A stretch of 64,000 nt of DNA from Paraphysomonas bandaiensis (lineage: Eukaryota; Protista; Chrysophyceae): positions 372,001-436,000 of the forward strand of contig CBFFRP010000281.1 of the NCBI GenBank assembly GCA_965644295.1. Direction: 5' to 3'. The position numbers were made by a program, and so were the translations under genes. Positions 25,535 through 39,399 of this stretch are shown here, piece after piece (the first letter of the stretch is position 1; each line of letters opens with the position of its first letter). The notes beneath the pieces were generated by a model. The model saw only the letters and a program-made list of their open reading frames with translations. It ran no database searches and was not told where the DNA came from.

Positions 25535-26978
25535 TTATTACAGTGTTTAGTCTTGACTTGAGCCTGAAGTGCTGTCATTTAAGTTCTTAATGGGTGTATA
25601 CCACACCAGATTATTCAATTCTTAATGCATAATAATACAATAATAAATTGGATATCGTAACTTAAATGTAGTCATGCCTTACAGCCCGAGGTTTTCAAAA
25701 TTACAGTAATCTGTTTCCTATACTATCTTGAAGAATGGTTATAGTACATAACGATTGTGTGCACTCCTTTGTAAAATAGTACGGAGGTACCATCAATGAG
25801 TAGACTTACACGTGCCTGGGTAACTCGAGAATAGTATGTACTATATAATTAATTAAATTGTAATAGACAAATTAATAAGGATAACGATTTAATATTAATC
25901 TGCATGCCACATCCGTATTGCGAAATTGTGTGAAATGATACAGTGGGTGAAAGTTGAGGAGTAGCTTAGAGAGACATCTAGTAACAACTAAATCACTTCG
26001 AATATAGGCAATCTAGGTTCTGCGTAAATTTGACTGGTGAATACCTGACTCTATTAAATGGACAATACATGGTTCATTGCAAGACATATGACAAACGATC
26101 AATAAATTCAATAAAACATCTTCCACTGAATTATACACGGACTTGTTAGTATCTAAAATCCACACCATGAGGTCCATAACCGATATGTTTAGCTGATAAA
26201 TCTGAGAAAAGAAGCGGCCGATAACCCCAATGACACTTACATACTCTCATAAGAATAAGTCTCAAAGCCAGAGAAATAGTGTTTTCATGGTCTCCGGTGA
26301 TACCTTACCATCCCTTTATAAGAAGGTATTTATATCTGTCTATATGTCAGCAATTGTCTACAGTTTTATATATTGCATATGCATATATATATACATATGT
26401 ATATATAAACGAGAGTCATTGGGAACTATTGCACATGCATGGGTCATACATGTAGCATTGAAAGGAACGAGGCGGCTTTGTATGCATATATTCCTGCTAT
26501 TGCATATGAGCTCCATGAACTGCACAGCTGTGGACGATATCTCGGATCTCCATTATGTCAACAGTCAGTATGCATCCCACCTGGACTGTATGTAGGAGCG
26601 TGTATATCTGTGCGTACACTCTATGGCAATGTATTAATGTATGCATACAGAAGGACTGATATACTCAAAACCCGGGGTTTTACAGTGCGCGAAAGAAAAT
26701 CGCGACATATAGTGCGATAACCGCGTTGTAGGCAGAAACATCTACATAGACCACCGTGATACTATACAATATACGACAGATCTTTATCCGGGACCGGATA
26801 TAAACGTACGGTAGACTGTGGATGAACAAAGAACTAAGAAGTTCTGCTGGACATTTCCAGGAATCAGTATTGTTTACAAGATATAGCTATATGTGTACCT
26901 TGCCACGTGGACAACATAACAACATAACCATTACAAAATCTATCATTAATCATTACCATTATTCTTTGACAAGCAACA

Positions 26979-28958
26979 ATGCAGAATCTTACTATTAAAT
27001 CACTCGATCAGTCTCGACTTTCCCGTTTGAGCAGATGTCTGACATACACAGCAGCATTGGGAACTATCACAGCAATGGAGATGTACTTCGACAAGGACGA
27101 GTCTGAGTGGATGGATTACACAGGTTCAAAAGTAGGCAACCGAATCATTGAAAAGTGTGGCACATATCTCTTGGCTGTGTCTCTGTCTGAAATCATACTC
27201 CCTTTAATCATCCCGTCTGGCAACGAACAAACTGTGGAGACAGATAACCAAACTGTGGAGACAGATAACCAAACTGGGGAGACAGATAACCAAACTGTGG
27301 AGACAGATAACCAAACTGTGGAGACAGATAACCAATCTGGGGAGATAGATAACCAAACTGTGGAGACAGATAACCAAACTGGGGAGACAGAGAACCAAAC
27401 TGGGGAGACAGAGAACACACCTGATCCAGCAATGAATGTTAAAGTTGCTACTTTGGACAAGGATCTTCAGACTATTCGTCAGCCAAGCGTAGATGAACTT
27501 CGTCGTCCATGGATTCTCTCGAATCTGTCCATGCTGCCAGAAAACATGGACCATTGCAAGAAAATTTGGATTATGGGGAGATATAAAGTGGGAAAATCTA
27601 CTATACTTCAGATGCTGGGTGTTGAATCAGCTTCTCCAGCCAATCTTGTCAACACAAAAGGCGAAGTATATCTCACTGACAGCAGCTGGCCTAACACTAT
27701 ATTTGTCGACACGGAGGGTTTCATGCAGCCCATCGATACCAGCGAGCCTGAGTTTCGAAAGCACTTAGTTGTCAAGCATGCGCATAAGGCCTCCGATGGC
27801 ATTATTTTGGTCTTACCAATGCTAATTACTAATGACCTCACTCTTTTCACGAAATCTGTAAAAATGCTGCATGGTAGACACAGGTACATATGCATATGAT
27901 GATATTCCTGCATCACTTTTTCTCATGAATTGCTTGATGATATCAGGTCTTTGTTTGTGGTTCATAATTTGCCCAACTTTGAAAATGAGTCTGAAATTCT
28001 TCACTATCGTGAAACATTTCAGAAAATCTTTATAGACATGCCAGATACAGAGTGCAGTACACGTGATGACAGTCGAAATATCCTTAAGAGTTGGCATGGG
28101 CATCGCGACAACAGTGTGTGTGTGGTGCATTTTTTTCTGGGAAATTCTAAAGCACTGAAAGGATGGAATGAAATACAGCTAGAACTTCTGAAATTGAGCA
28201 TTACCGGATTGAACACGCATAATCACCCCCTCTTGGAAACATTATCGGAGTCTTTGGCTTCTGTGGGTGATTTTGCGTACAGCTTCGGTACTCCAACAAC
28301 TGTTACGCCCGAAGGCTCTGAGTCGCAAAATGGAAGCGAAGAAGTAACGGCTGACCAGACACGAACTAGTAATAGAAGTCCCACCTGCCCACCTCCACCT
28401 CTTACTTGCATGTCCACCGTAGATGAAGATAATGACTGTTTGGTGTTTCAGTTCAGTCGACCAATCGTCGGTTCAAAAGCACGGGAAATCGGAGATAATA
28501 TTATCATGGGGAACACACTTGATTTTGTTTGGCTACCTATGATGCCCGTGATAGGTGGTAAGGGATATATGCAGAGCCTTATTATTGGCATGAGTCGTAT
28601 CAGTCGTATTTTTCTTACTATTGAGGATGAGCGAACGCTATTATGTGAATTCACTGTTCTGAATATCAATTCTTCTGGTAAATATGACGAGAGTCAGTGT
28701 GTCGAACGTATTTTCAGTGAATACCCTATTCCCGTCACTCAAGATACAATATTCGTTCCTGTTGGGGTCGATCACGAAGTTGACGATGAAGTGAATGCTG
28801 CAGGAGAAGTATACAAGGTTCCTCGTCTATCATCTACTACAGGGGCTACAATCAACAATAACTGCACGAATAATACTCCTACAAAGGAAGTACTACCCGG
28901 GGAATACTTGCCCCGGTCCAGAGAAATGCGGTACAATATCAGATTAAACATTATTTAA
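26979..28958 (+). CDS. P-loop GTPase with GBP/atlastin-like motifs, copy 2 (about 638 aa, intron 27884-27946)
   Basis: Paralog of copy 1 with a 68-aa insert containing 9 heptad repeats. Confidence 0.8.
27228..27416 (+). repeat. Coding 21-bp minisatellite x9 (CAAACTGTGGAGACAGATAAC; QTVETDN)
   Basis: Directly visible tandem repeat, in frame in GTPase copy 2. Confidence 0.95.
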
Positions 28959-30402
28959 TTATTACAGTGTTTAGTCTTGACTTGAGCCTGAAGTGCTGTC
29001 ATTTAAGTTCTTAATGGGTGTATACCACACCAGATTATTCAATTATTAATGCATAATAATACAATCATAAATTGGATATCGTAACTTAAATGTAGTCATG
29101 CCTTACAGCCCGAGGTTTTCAAATTTACAGTAATCTGTTTCCTATACTATCTTGAAGAATGGTTATAGTACATAACGATTGTGTGCACTCCTTTGTAAAA
29201 TAGTACGGAGGTACCATCAATGAGTAGACTTACACGTGCCTGGGTAACTCGAGAATAGTATGTACTATATAATTAATTAAATTGTAATAGACAAATTAAT
29301 AAGGATAACGATTTAATATTAATCTGCATGCCACATCCGTATTGCGAAATTGTGTGAAATGATACAGTGGGTGAAAGTTGAGGAGTAGCGTAGAGAAACA
29401 TCTAGTAACAACTAAATCACTTCAAATGTAGGCAATCTAGGCTCTGCGTAAATTTGACTGGTGAATACCTGACTCTATTAAATGGGCAATACATGGTTCA
29501 TTGCAAGACATATGACAAACGATCAATAAATTCAATAAAACATCATCCACTGAATCATACATGGACTTGTTAGTATCTAAAATCCACACCATGAGGTCCA
29601 TAACCGAAATTTTTAGCTGATAAATCTGAGAAAAGAAGCGGCCGATAACCCCAATGACACTTACATACTCTCATAAGAATAAGTCTCAAAGCCAGAGAAA
29701 TAGTGTTTTCACGGTCTCCGGTGATACCTTACCATCCCTTTATAAGAAGGTATTTATATCTGTCTATATGTCAGCAATTGTCTACAGTTTTATATATTGC
29801 ATATGCATATATATATACATATGTATATATAAACGAGAGTCATTGGGAACTATTGCACATGCATGGGTCATACATGTAGCATTGAAAGGAATGAAGTAGA
29901 GGAGCAGTCAAGTTACACAATCTGTTGACTGTTATATATGAGGCGGCTTTGTATGCATATATTCCCCCTGCTATAACTGCACCGGTGTGGACGATATCCC
30001 GGTTCTACAGCCAGTCCATATCTACGAAGTAGTACTGGCTAAATGCATGTCGTGTGTGTACTCTGCATATCTATCAATACTCTGCTGTATGCATACAGAA
30101 GGACTGATCAATTGGGAATACACAAAACCAGGGGTTTTATAGTATATATTATGTGGTCCGCAAAAGAAAATCCCGATTTATAGAGATATAGGAACCGCGT
30201 TATATCGCGAGTGCCCTGTATATGAATAGGTCGAATACATGTACATGTACAGAGAAGTATATATACATACATTGCCAGTGGAGTGTATATATAGCTCCAT
30301 ATATATATATATAGTACATAGCTCATTCTAGTGCAGGACAGTACAACAACACATCTACTAACACAACCATTCCATCAACATAATACATCATAAACCTTCA
30401 TT

Positions 30403-31322
30403 ATGGCTGCTCGAGAAGGAAACTTTGATAGACAAATCACTATATTTAGCCCTCAAGGGCACTTGTATCAGATGGGTATGTATACATATATACATACATA
30501 CATAGATAAGCAACTGACTGTTATATCACTGATTATACACAGAATATTGCATAAAAGCAGCTACAAGTGGAGGAAATACTGCACTTGCTGTAAGAGGCAA
30601 AGACTCTGCAGTGTTTATTACACAAAAGAAAGTTCCTGTGAGTATATATATATATATGAAACACTCCAATCTAATTAATTGACTGTACTCTGTGTAGGAT
30701 CGTCTTATTGACCCCTCATGTGTAACAAGCATTTATCGTGTCACAGATACAATTGGATGTTTAATGCTAGGACTTCTACGTAAGTTTCATTTCATATTAC
30801 GCCTCGTAATTTATTTTTCGGGCTCTTGCAGCTGATATTCGTTCTCAAATTGAACGTCTTCGTTATGAGGCAAACGAATTCAGATTCGCTAACGGATATG
30901 CGATGCCAGTTCATGCGCTTGCTCAGCGTATCGCTGACATATGTCAGGTTTATACTCAAGAAGCATCTAACCGTGCCCTTGCTTGCGTCATATTGTTGAT
31001 TGGAGTTGATGATGAAAAAGGTGCGCAAGTCTACAAGGTTGATCCCGCAGGCCACTTCCTCCCATACAAGGCAACAGCCACTGGAAAATCTGAACAAGAG
31101 GCTATCAATTTTCTTGAGAAGCGTGTTGATGACTTGACATCCTTGGATGAAAATGAAACTATCGAGTTAGCTATTTCGGCGATGCAGTATGTGCTGTCGA
31201 CTGATTTCAAGAGTTCTGAAATTGAGCTCGCAGTCGTTTCCAGAGGGGAGAAATTACGAAAACTAAGTGAGGATGAGATTGAGGAGAGACTTAATTCCAT
31301 ATCTGAGAGAAGTGATGTTTAA
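30403..31322 (+). CDS. PSMA6: Proteasome subunit alpha type-6 (alpha1), 4 exons
   Basis: [58 protein letters not shown] and YKVDPAG. Confidence 0.93.
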
Positions 31323-31529
31323 TGCTTTCTCGTTTTGTGAAGGTGTTTGGTAATATTAACCAGAAATTTATTTTCTTTGTATTTGTAGCCCCTTTTGGTT
31401 TTCTTAATACAGACAATATTGAATTGTAAAATAAAAGATAGGTTAAATTTACGAATATCATTTATTGGAAATTCAGTTGTGCTTTTTATCTATGTTACCG
31501 GAATATCAGTTTCCTTTATTTGGTTGTAT

Positions 31530-31690
31530 TTCCTAGGTAACCCTAATTCTTAATTGAATTGGTTGAATTACCTAGTCACACTATTTTTAGTGTAAATAAA
31601 TATTTAGTCGAAGTAATAAATTATTCAACCTCTAGTCAATATTATTTCTAAGCCTAGTCCTTAATTGTACTTGCATATTGCTACGCATTA
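31530..31690. repeat. Dispersed repeat family B, copy 2
   Basis: Same CTAGTC motif order and similar spacing as 8812-8930. Confidence 0.65.
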
Positions 31691-32805
31691 CAGAACGATC
31701 AACGATCAAATCACACAGCAGGTATAGTGAAACCAACACGAGTATAGATGTATAGATCAGAGCTAAGTTAGAGAACAGAAAAAGAGATATTTTATAGCAT
31801 AGACAGGATTTTACTCTTATTTATTCACTGATTAAAATCTTCATATATATACCACGTTTCCTTCGAACCAAGCTGTCCGGAGGGTTGTCAGTGTCACTTA
31901 TGTATATATATCAATTCCAATGCACTGATATTAAAACAATAATCAACAACCTCACATACACAAAACAACATATTCAAATGGTTGGTTACAAATATAAAAC
32001 CGCATCTTGAAATGATTTGCAGTTAGTTTTATACATCATACCAGAAAGATTCTGACTGATTGAGCCTACCCCTCCCCAGATTGCGGGGATTTTTTTACAA
32101 TCATGTATGAACTATTCATTTATAATGTAGATCAAGATGGAGCTTGCTTGCTGCCACACGCAGAGAATACCCTGGGATGTGAATAAATCTATGCTTAGAT
32201 CGTTTCAATATCTCGGTGTATAGGACTTAGGATATATCAGTAGCAGATTTTACAGAAGCTACGTTTTCTGTATTAGTATTTGTAGTACCATTACCTAGCC
32301 AATAGCTTCTATGTTAAATTATTGTGTAGGTTTGAAATTTCTCGACTATATGGTTAATAGCTGCAGCAGTCAGGTAGTAATAAATTTGAATTAGTAGGCA
32401 AGAACTAAAAGCGAAAGTTTCTGTTTTAGGGATCAATATGAGATATAAATCCATTGTATTAAATTTGCAAATACCTTTCATACTTCAGAAGTGAATATGT
32501 AAACATAGAAATCTGATAGGTAGTTGTCATTGTGACGCAGCCAGTATCCGTCAGTACGGCACGATGCTACTCGAGTTGTTGTGGCTCGTAGAACGAAGAA
32601 AGCACTGAAATATATCTGTATTTTAGAGCTTATGAGGGGGTATGAAAGACAGAATGCGACGGAGTCAATCAACAAATTAGTGGTAGTAGTAGCCTAACAA
32701 ATTCCACTAAAAACCAACAAAGCTTTGAATGCATTATAAGTGACTATGTCAAATAAGTAAAAACAGAATTGCCTTGGTATTATTTAATGAATATTCATAG
32801 TTATG

Positions 32806-33840
32806 TTAGACAGCACGTTTGGTTTTGAAAGTCATGAGACCTTTCTGAACAATATCAAAAGCTTCTTGTTCAGATATCTCAACTAGGTCATCGGGGAGGG
32901 ACGTGACCTTGCTGGAATCGAGGGCCGACTGGAGGGAGTCCTTAGAGCAGCAACTTGTGGAGATATTGTCATTACTATGTGCTGTTGTGGGGCAGTCGTT
33001 ATGAGTGCTTGAGGGGTGGGAAGGTGCTGGCGAAGGAGATCGGTTTCCCCGTCCACCTTCCAGGGAGGAATTCCGCTGTCGAACCTCCGACGACTCTGGT
33101 GATGGCAGTGATTCACTTTCCGTCGCAACAAACGACGCCATCACATAACTGAATATAACGTGAATCACAACAATCAATATCATGCCTAGTATTCTGTAAT
33201 AGTCATTAGCACCGCTCCAAGTAATACGTGACGGTGGATGCAGCATCAAATCACAAGATATCGCGCTACCAGGTATTTCATTCTCTCTAATAAGGCATAC
33301 TGGCATTTCAACTCCCCAATAGTATAAGTACACGATCGGTATTCCGACTGACGACAGGGAAACTGCACTATATTGCCAAGTGTTGCCCAAATGGGCACGC
33401 AAAACAATAGACGTTGTGATAAATACAGCCGTCAGCCACTTCCAATGAAGGAAATGATGAAGGTCATCACCAGATGCACTTCGAAAATACAGATCGAAAC
33501 AACCTACCCAACTACAAGTCGAAGAAATGTGATACAATATTTGAGCACCCGGGTATTTTATGAAGTATCCAGATGTGACAAGACAAAGCACTACGCATGT
33601 TACTAAAGGAGTAACTTGCTCTCTGAAAATAAAAGACGCAAGCAATAGCGTCAACAATAGCGCACTCCAAATCCGCGTGATGGATACTACCTCCGAAGGG
33701 ATGTTGTACACAGACTTGTCAGTATTAATCAAGCAAGATGACTGATAACAAATAACAGCTGTAGAAAGAGAAACAATGAGCGCAATTTCAAATAATTGAG
33801 ATGCGTCCATATCTGCCCCTCCCGAAATAAGAGGAATCAT
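32806..33840 (-). CDS. Uncharacterised multi-pass membrane protein with a Ser-rich C-terminal tail
   Basis: Single ORF with about 7 hydrophobic segments. The first plausible ATG is 33840 (MIPL). Confidence 0.65.
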   Translation of the reverse strand: MIPLISGGADMDASQLFEIALIVSLSTAVICYQSSCLINTDKSVYNIPSEVVSITRIWSALLLTLLLASFIFREQVTPLVTCVVLCLVTSGYFIKYPGAQILYHISSTCSWVGCFDLYFRSASGDDLHHFLHWKWLTAVFITTSIVLRAHLGNTWQYSAVSLSSVGIPIVYLYYWGVEMPVCLIRENEIPGSAISCDLMLHPPSRITWSGANDYYRILGMILIVVIHVIFSYVMASFVATESESLPSPESSEVRQRNSSLEGGRGNRSPSPAPSHPSSTHNDCPTTAHSNDNISTSCCSKDSLQSALDSSKVTSLPDDLVEISEQEAFDIVQKGLMTFKTKRAV

Positions 33841-34514
33841 ATGTGGAGTGTTTATATATCGCAGTAGAATAAAATTAAAGCTGAAATATACAGTGATATT
33901 CTTCTTATTCTTTCTTTTAATAAAGAATATAAGAGTAGTGATGAAATAATCTTGATTAAATAGATTATTCAACACCAATGGCTTAACTATATGATTGTGT
34001 AGAGTATATATAGACTTTCTATTATATTATTGTGTGGTGATGTTAACAGAAGAAAATCCTCATGTAAGCACTCGTCATTATAATATAAGGGAAAATACGT
34101 AGAGATGAGATGGTGTTTTTACTCACATTTTCTATAATGTTTCAATAATATTTTTTAGGGAAAATTGTCAAAGCCAGAGATTTCTGTATGGAAAGAGTGG
34201 TAGAAATCAGTTCTTTTGGGGACGTTTCAAGAATCGTACGTCAGGAATGGAACTATTGGGGTTTTATCCGCAAATTCTTATAAAAAACAATATAGTCAAC
34301 GAAATCGGTAGTTTTTGTCATAATAATCAAAAAAACGAGAAAAATGCATCAAAATCTAGAAATCTGGCATTTATTGTACCATATGGTAGTACGTCGTACG
34401 ATAGGTCAGTCCTCCTGCAGAGAATGGTCTGTCATGGTTGTCCACTTTACTAATAGTGTTATATATATATCACTGTGTTGTGATAGCCTTGTATATTTGT
34501 TCCTCTTATCAATC

Positions 34515-35296
34515 ATGTCATTTTCACCACCAACTGCAGATGAGCTAATGCAAGTGGAGGATTTGCGGTCCCGTCTTATCTCATCAGGTGTGTAGGGTAG
34601 ACTGGGTACTGTATACATTACTAATGAGTCACGCAGGAGTTACTTGCAAGATATCAGATGTGGGCCTGTTGCGTTTTCTTAGGGGAAGGGAACGTGTCAT
34701 GGACAATGCTTATAGGGCGATTGTTCGCCATGCCCAGTGGAGAGAAGAGCATGGTGTTGATACCTATAGCGACTATGATATCGCCAACGAGAAAGAAAAG
34801 CGTAAAGCACACATATATGGGACCGACAAGAATGGAAGACCTCTTATTTATGTTTATGCCCGTCGACACAAGACATCGGATAGGGATATTGATGAAATTC
34901 ACCGGTTTATTATAGCCATCATTGAAGAAGCTCTTTCGAAGGCACTACCTCACGAAGAAAGAATTGTCATTGTCTTCGACTTAGCAGCCTTTTCTTTCGA
35001 CTGCATGGATTACGAAGCTGTCAAAATACTAATAACAGTGTTACAATACAACTACCCTGAATCTTTAGACGTTGTACACATTATCAATGAGCCGTGGATA
35101 TTTAAGGTGAGTTCGCAAACAAATTAAAAGCTGTGTGACCTTATACATGACAACTACACAGGCTTGTTGGGCGATTATCAGTGGATGGCTACATCCTGTT
35201 ACTGCTAAGAAGGTTAATTTTATTCGGCAAGCAGAATTGCAGAAGTTTGTACATGAAGAATCAATACCTGATGATGTCCAACAGTCCTTACCCTGA
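34515..35296 (+). CDS. CRAL-TRIO/Sec14-like lipid-binding protein (3 exons)
   Basis: LLRFLRGR, GTDKNGRPLIY, VFDLAAFS..MDY, LQYNYPESL, PWIFK|ACWAII.GWLHPVTAKKVNF. Confidence 0.9.
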
Positions 35297-36796
35297 CGAA
35301 TATGTAGCGATCACAGCAGCTGTACAAACGTGAATAGTGCATCTGAACAATATAAATACAGCATATATGTAATATGTATTTTGTAATGACTATTTCTTAT
35401 TTTAGAAGCTGCTTTGCAAACGTTTTGAAAATCAAGCCTGGTATGAATGTATGAATACATGAGGTAAAACGAATATAAGCATCTGCACAAGGAGAAGATA
35501 TATGTCTGTATCTTTATTGATTACTACACTCGTTTCCATATATTCTTTGTGAACTTGATGCATTAAGAGTAGCGTAGAATTCTGAATTGTACTGTAGGTT
35601 AGGTACTTCATTGCAAGCAATTCCTTGTCCTGATATTGTTGTAGTCAGCGCGCGCTTGGGAACAATAATACATTATAATACTATTGTATGCTAGCTTCAA
35701 TAACATTGAAATACTATTGTAACTAGTCCAACTATTCGTATTGAGTATACTGCGGGCACAAACTACTGCTTTACGCTATGCAGTTATCATTCAAGACTTC
35801 GATAACAAGTCTATTCAACAACTCGTAAAAGTGTGTCACTATCAAGTTGGTCACACAAATTGGAGGATAGCTGTCGACGACGCCTTTAATCTATATAAAT
35901 TCATTAACCAGCGTGTAAGTTGCTCCTGTGCGGCTGCTTGTAGAAGTAGAAGGATCCAGTTCTTTACCTACTCCACACTCCCCTGAAGTCTACCTGTTGC
36001 TAGCACTAAATATCTCCTACGCAAGCGGAATTCGACTGTGACAGGACACGTAGATTCAATTAAAGTGCATTCTCTGGTTTATTTTACGCAACTCGTTGTA
36101 TGTCCACGTTGCTAGCTGAAGTGTATAATTTTCACTTGTCTGTAACAGTAACAACACGACACCGTTACTTTATATTACAGGTGTCGGTGCAATCTCAAAT
36201 TGAAACTTTTATTCCATTGTGTTTTATTCCTGTGTTTGAAAAGCTTTCATGTCATTTTGTATAAAGTCTTATAATCTGCACATGAGCAACACTCACATGC
36301 TATATGTAGTTGTGCAATATGTCCAACTATGTCCCATAAATAGTATACACCACACCACGCGGTATACACATGTATTCATACTTCATACGTATGTGTATGT
36401 GTATGTGTGTATGTATTCGTATTTGTTTTTTTTCTACTTGGATCGCTCCCTCCGCCACTTTATCATACGACAACATACGATGTAGCAGCGAACTACAGAG
36501 AAGTACAGGAGGCAGTATATGATTGCAGAGGTATGAGACGAAGTGTGTATATGCCTGCCGAATGTCACCAAATAGATCCACACACTCCTCCATACAGCAG
36601 CAGTATATAAAGACGTCAACTTCTTCACTTCCATACTTCTTATTACTCACATCTATTGAGCAGATATTCCCTTTATCAGTGTATACCGTATAGTCTCAAG
36701 TATCTACTGAGTGTGTGTGGTCATATATACGTATATATATCATACTATCATACTTCACTCCACTGCATATATATATACAGATATACAGATATTAAT

Positions 36797-38822
36797 ATGA
36801 GTAAATCATCACCATTAATATTTGAAGATAGTATTAACGCTCCAACTGATCTTGAAATACTTGTATCACGTGGTTTTAATGAAAGAGAAGCCTGTGAAGC
36901 ACTATCTCAAGCTCGTGGAGATATACATCAAGCTCATCAGATATTATCTGGGAAACAAGTAGATAACTCATGGTTAAATGAAATACCTGGTGAATGGGAG
37001 GATAATGCTACTATATCAATGACTACACCAGGTGAATGAGATTCATATGATTACATGACATGTATTCTTATGTATATGTTAATATATAGGATCTTTACGT
37101 GCATTATGGAAGTCTCCTTATTACGTGCGTGTGGGTAGTTTTAAACGAGTACAAAGTACTGATACTGATAAAGAAGGAATATTATATATAAACACAGTCA
37201 TTACACGGGATGGCAGACAGTGGACAGTCGAGAAACGTTTTACTGAGTATTATTCCTTATGGATGTCGTTACCGGTTGGAATTACCAGAAATTTTGAGAA
37301 TAAATTTCCAAAATTGAGTGTTTTTCAATACAATTCTTCGTCTTCAGATTCGAAATGTGAAGAACGAAGATTGAGACTGGAGGAATGGCTACGGGAATTG
37401 TGTTTCGATGAAAAATGCATGACTAATCCGAAGGTTCTGAAGGCCATGGATAAGTTTTTATGCGCAGATGAGCATGGTGATGATGTGGATAACATTACCT
37501 CAGGTCCGTGCCATGTAGCTATATAGCATGTGTGATATTGTTACTATGGCTACTGTATCTATTGTTAGTATTGCATAGTTAATGCAGCGTGTGTGACTGA
37601 GAAGCATGTCATTACTGATACCAAATATCAACAGCTTCAGATTCTAGTGTTGCGACAAAACTTCTGGAACAATCGAAATCTTACCTCCACGACTGGGTTG
37701 TAATTCCCCAAACATCAATTGAAAATTTACCGGGTATGTATAGCATATATTGATATATCTACTTGAAAACTGAACTAGTGTTTCACCATACCAGTATCTC
37801 TAGACGTTATTACTTCCTCTCTCCCTTGCAAGATTGATCTCGATTTGGTTCTCGGGTCACGTGGAGCACATAGTCTAACTGGAAAGGACATTACCGATGA
37901 CCAGCTATCCAAAGACCTTTCAAGGGATCGGATAGTCATCCAAGGTCGGAGAATAATGGGTTCCAATACGGACTTGGGATTTATATTGACGCAAGCTATT
38001 AGCACAGCGAACAATGTACTTGCGGAGCGAAATTCGAAAACTTTTCCGCAAGCGCTCGTAAGTGCGCTGTGCAAGCGATCGCTCATGCTCGTCTCGCGTA
38101 CAGAATCAGCATATGCCTCGCATGCAGCGTTGCAGCTTCTGTTGACTCCGGATACACTCACTGAACTAATCGTCGTCCCAGAGGCTCAATTAGCTAAACC
38201 ACTTCTTATGCAATTTCGAGTGGAAACCCCTGTTGATAATTCTCAAAAGGAATCAGCTGAAGCGAAGCCTCGTAAATCTCTGTCATCAGTAAGCAGTATA
38301 AGTGCATCTCCAGGAACTCCAGGAGGCGACTCCACTCAGAGCTCCCGGCGACAATCCATAGGAAGCACACAACTGAATAGTTCTCCGAGCACTACAGCCA
38401 ACGCTCCTGTTGAGCGAGATTTGATATGTGATATTCAAGCATCTACAGTTTTTCGTTTAGTGGACGCGGAAACAATGGAGAAAACACATTTGCAAGTGAA
38501 AATAACGTTTTGCAAATCAATAAAACTATCCCACCTTGCATGCAATACCAATTTAACCCATGAACCGAATCGTCAGTCAACAAATCCTTTCGATTCACCG
38601 GTAGCTCAACCGACAAATACGAATCCTTTTGATGAGTGTGACGATAATTGTGAAATGGGAAATCAACCTCAAAGTAGCGAGCCTCCCGCTGCTACATCTG
38701 CTGCCAGTGCACCGAGCACGAACTTTGATGACGAAATTGCCCAGTATTATACCGACTCGAGCGCATATTTAGTGTTCGAGAGAGAGACGACATCTACGAA
38801 GAGGGATTGGGAGAATAAGTAG
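36797..38822 (+). CDS. UBA + PX domain protein with C-terminal NPF motifs
   Basis: UBA LVSRGFNEREACEALSQARGDIHQA; PX WTVEKRFTEY...FPK...EERRLRLEEWL; two NPFD motifs. Confidence 0.8.
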
Positions 38823-39399
38823 TTCTAATATTATGGGAAGATGTTTTGCAAGAAGGCAAAGTTTAGTGTATCATTTTAGTTCCGGGGATAATTTTGTGGT
38901 TTTAAGGTTAATAAAATGTTTTCTCCAGCCAGTGGGTCTGTTATTCTGGAGTGATGTGCAAGAGCCCTGAAAAACGCTTAGTAAGAAACCAATCCGGAAG
39001 TTACTACATCTAATAGGTAGTAGATTATCCGCCCGTACATACTTTCTGGCAGGACTATGCAAAAATTAATTGAATTGCAATTAAATTGGATGGAATATAC
39101 GTAATAATTGCAATTTAATTGCTCGCAGGAAGGTTGCAATTAAATTCAAATTAATTGGCAATTATTTACTATATTGTATAAGGTATAAGGACATATATAT
39201 TAGGATTAGAACTTGGAAAACTTTAAGGATGACAGCCATTTATTTCCCTTAATAGCCATCGCCCTTACTGACTATTATTCATTGTTCATTGCTACACGAC
39301 TGCTATCTGTTATCTACTACCAGTTACCAAAGCCCCCCTCATGATAATGTCGTCAATGTTTAATATTTCGGTCATTAGCTTACATTCTGAAAGGTGCTG

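Larger units (their letters stand above)
23544..30200 (+). repeat. Tandem segmental duplication (units about 23544-26763 and 26764-30200)
   Basis: Near-identical sequence at offset 3220 before, and 3424 after, a 204-bp indel. Identity drops sharply after about 26470/29890. Confidence 0.95.

Noticed and set aside
27228-27416. CRISPR-like regular repeat
   Set aside because: The units are contiguous with no unique spacers, it is coding, it is eukaryotic, and there are no cas genes.
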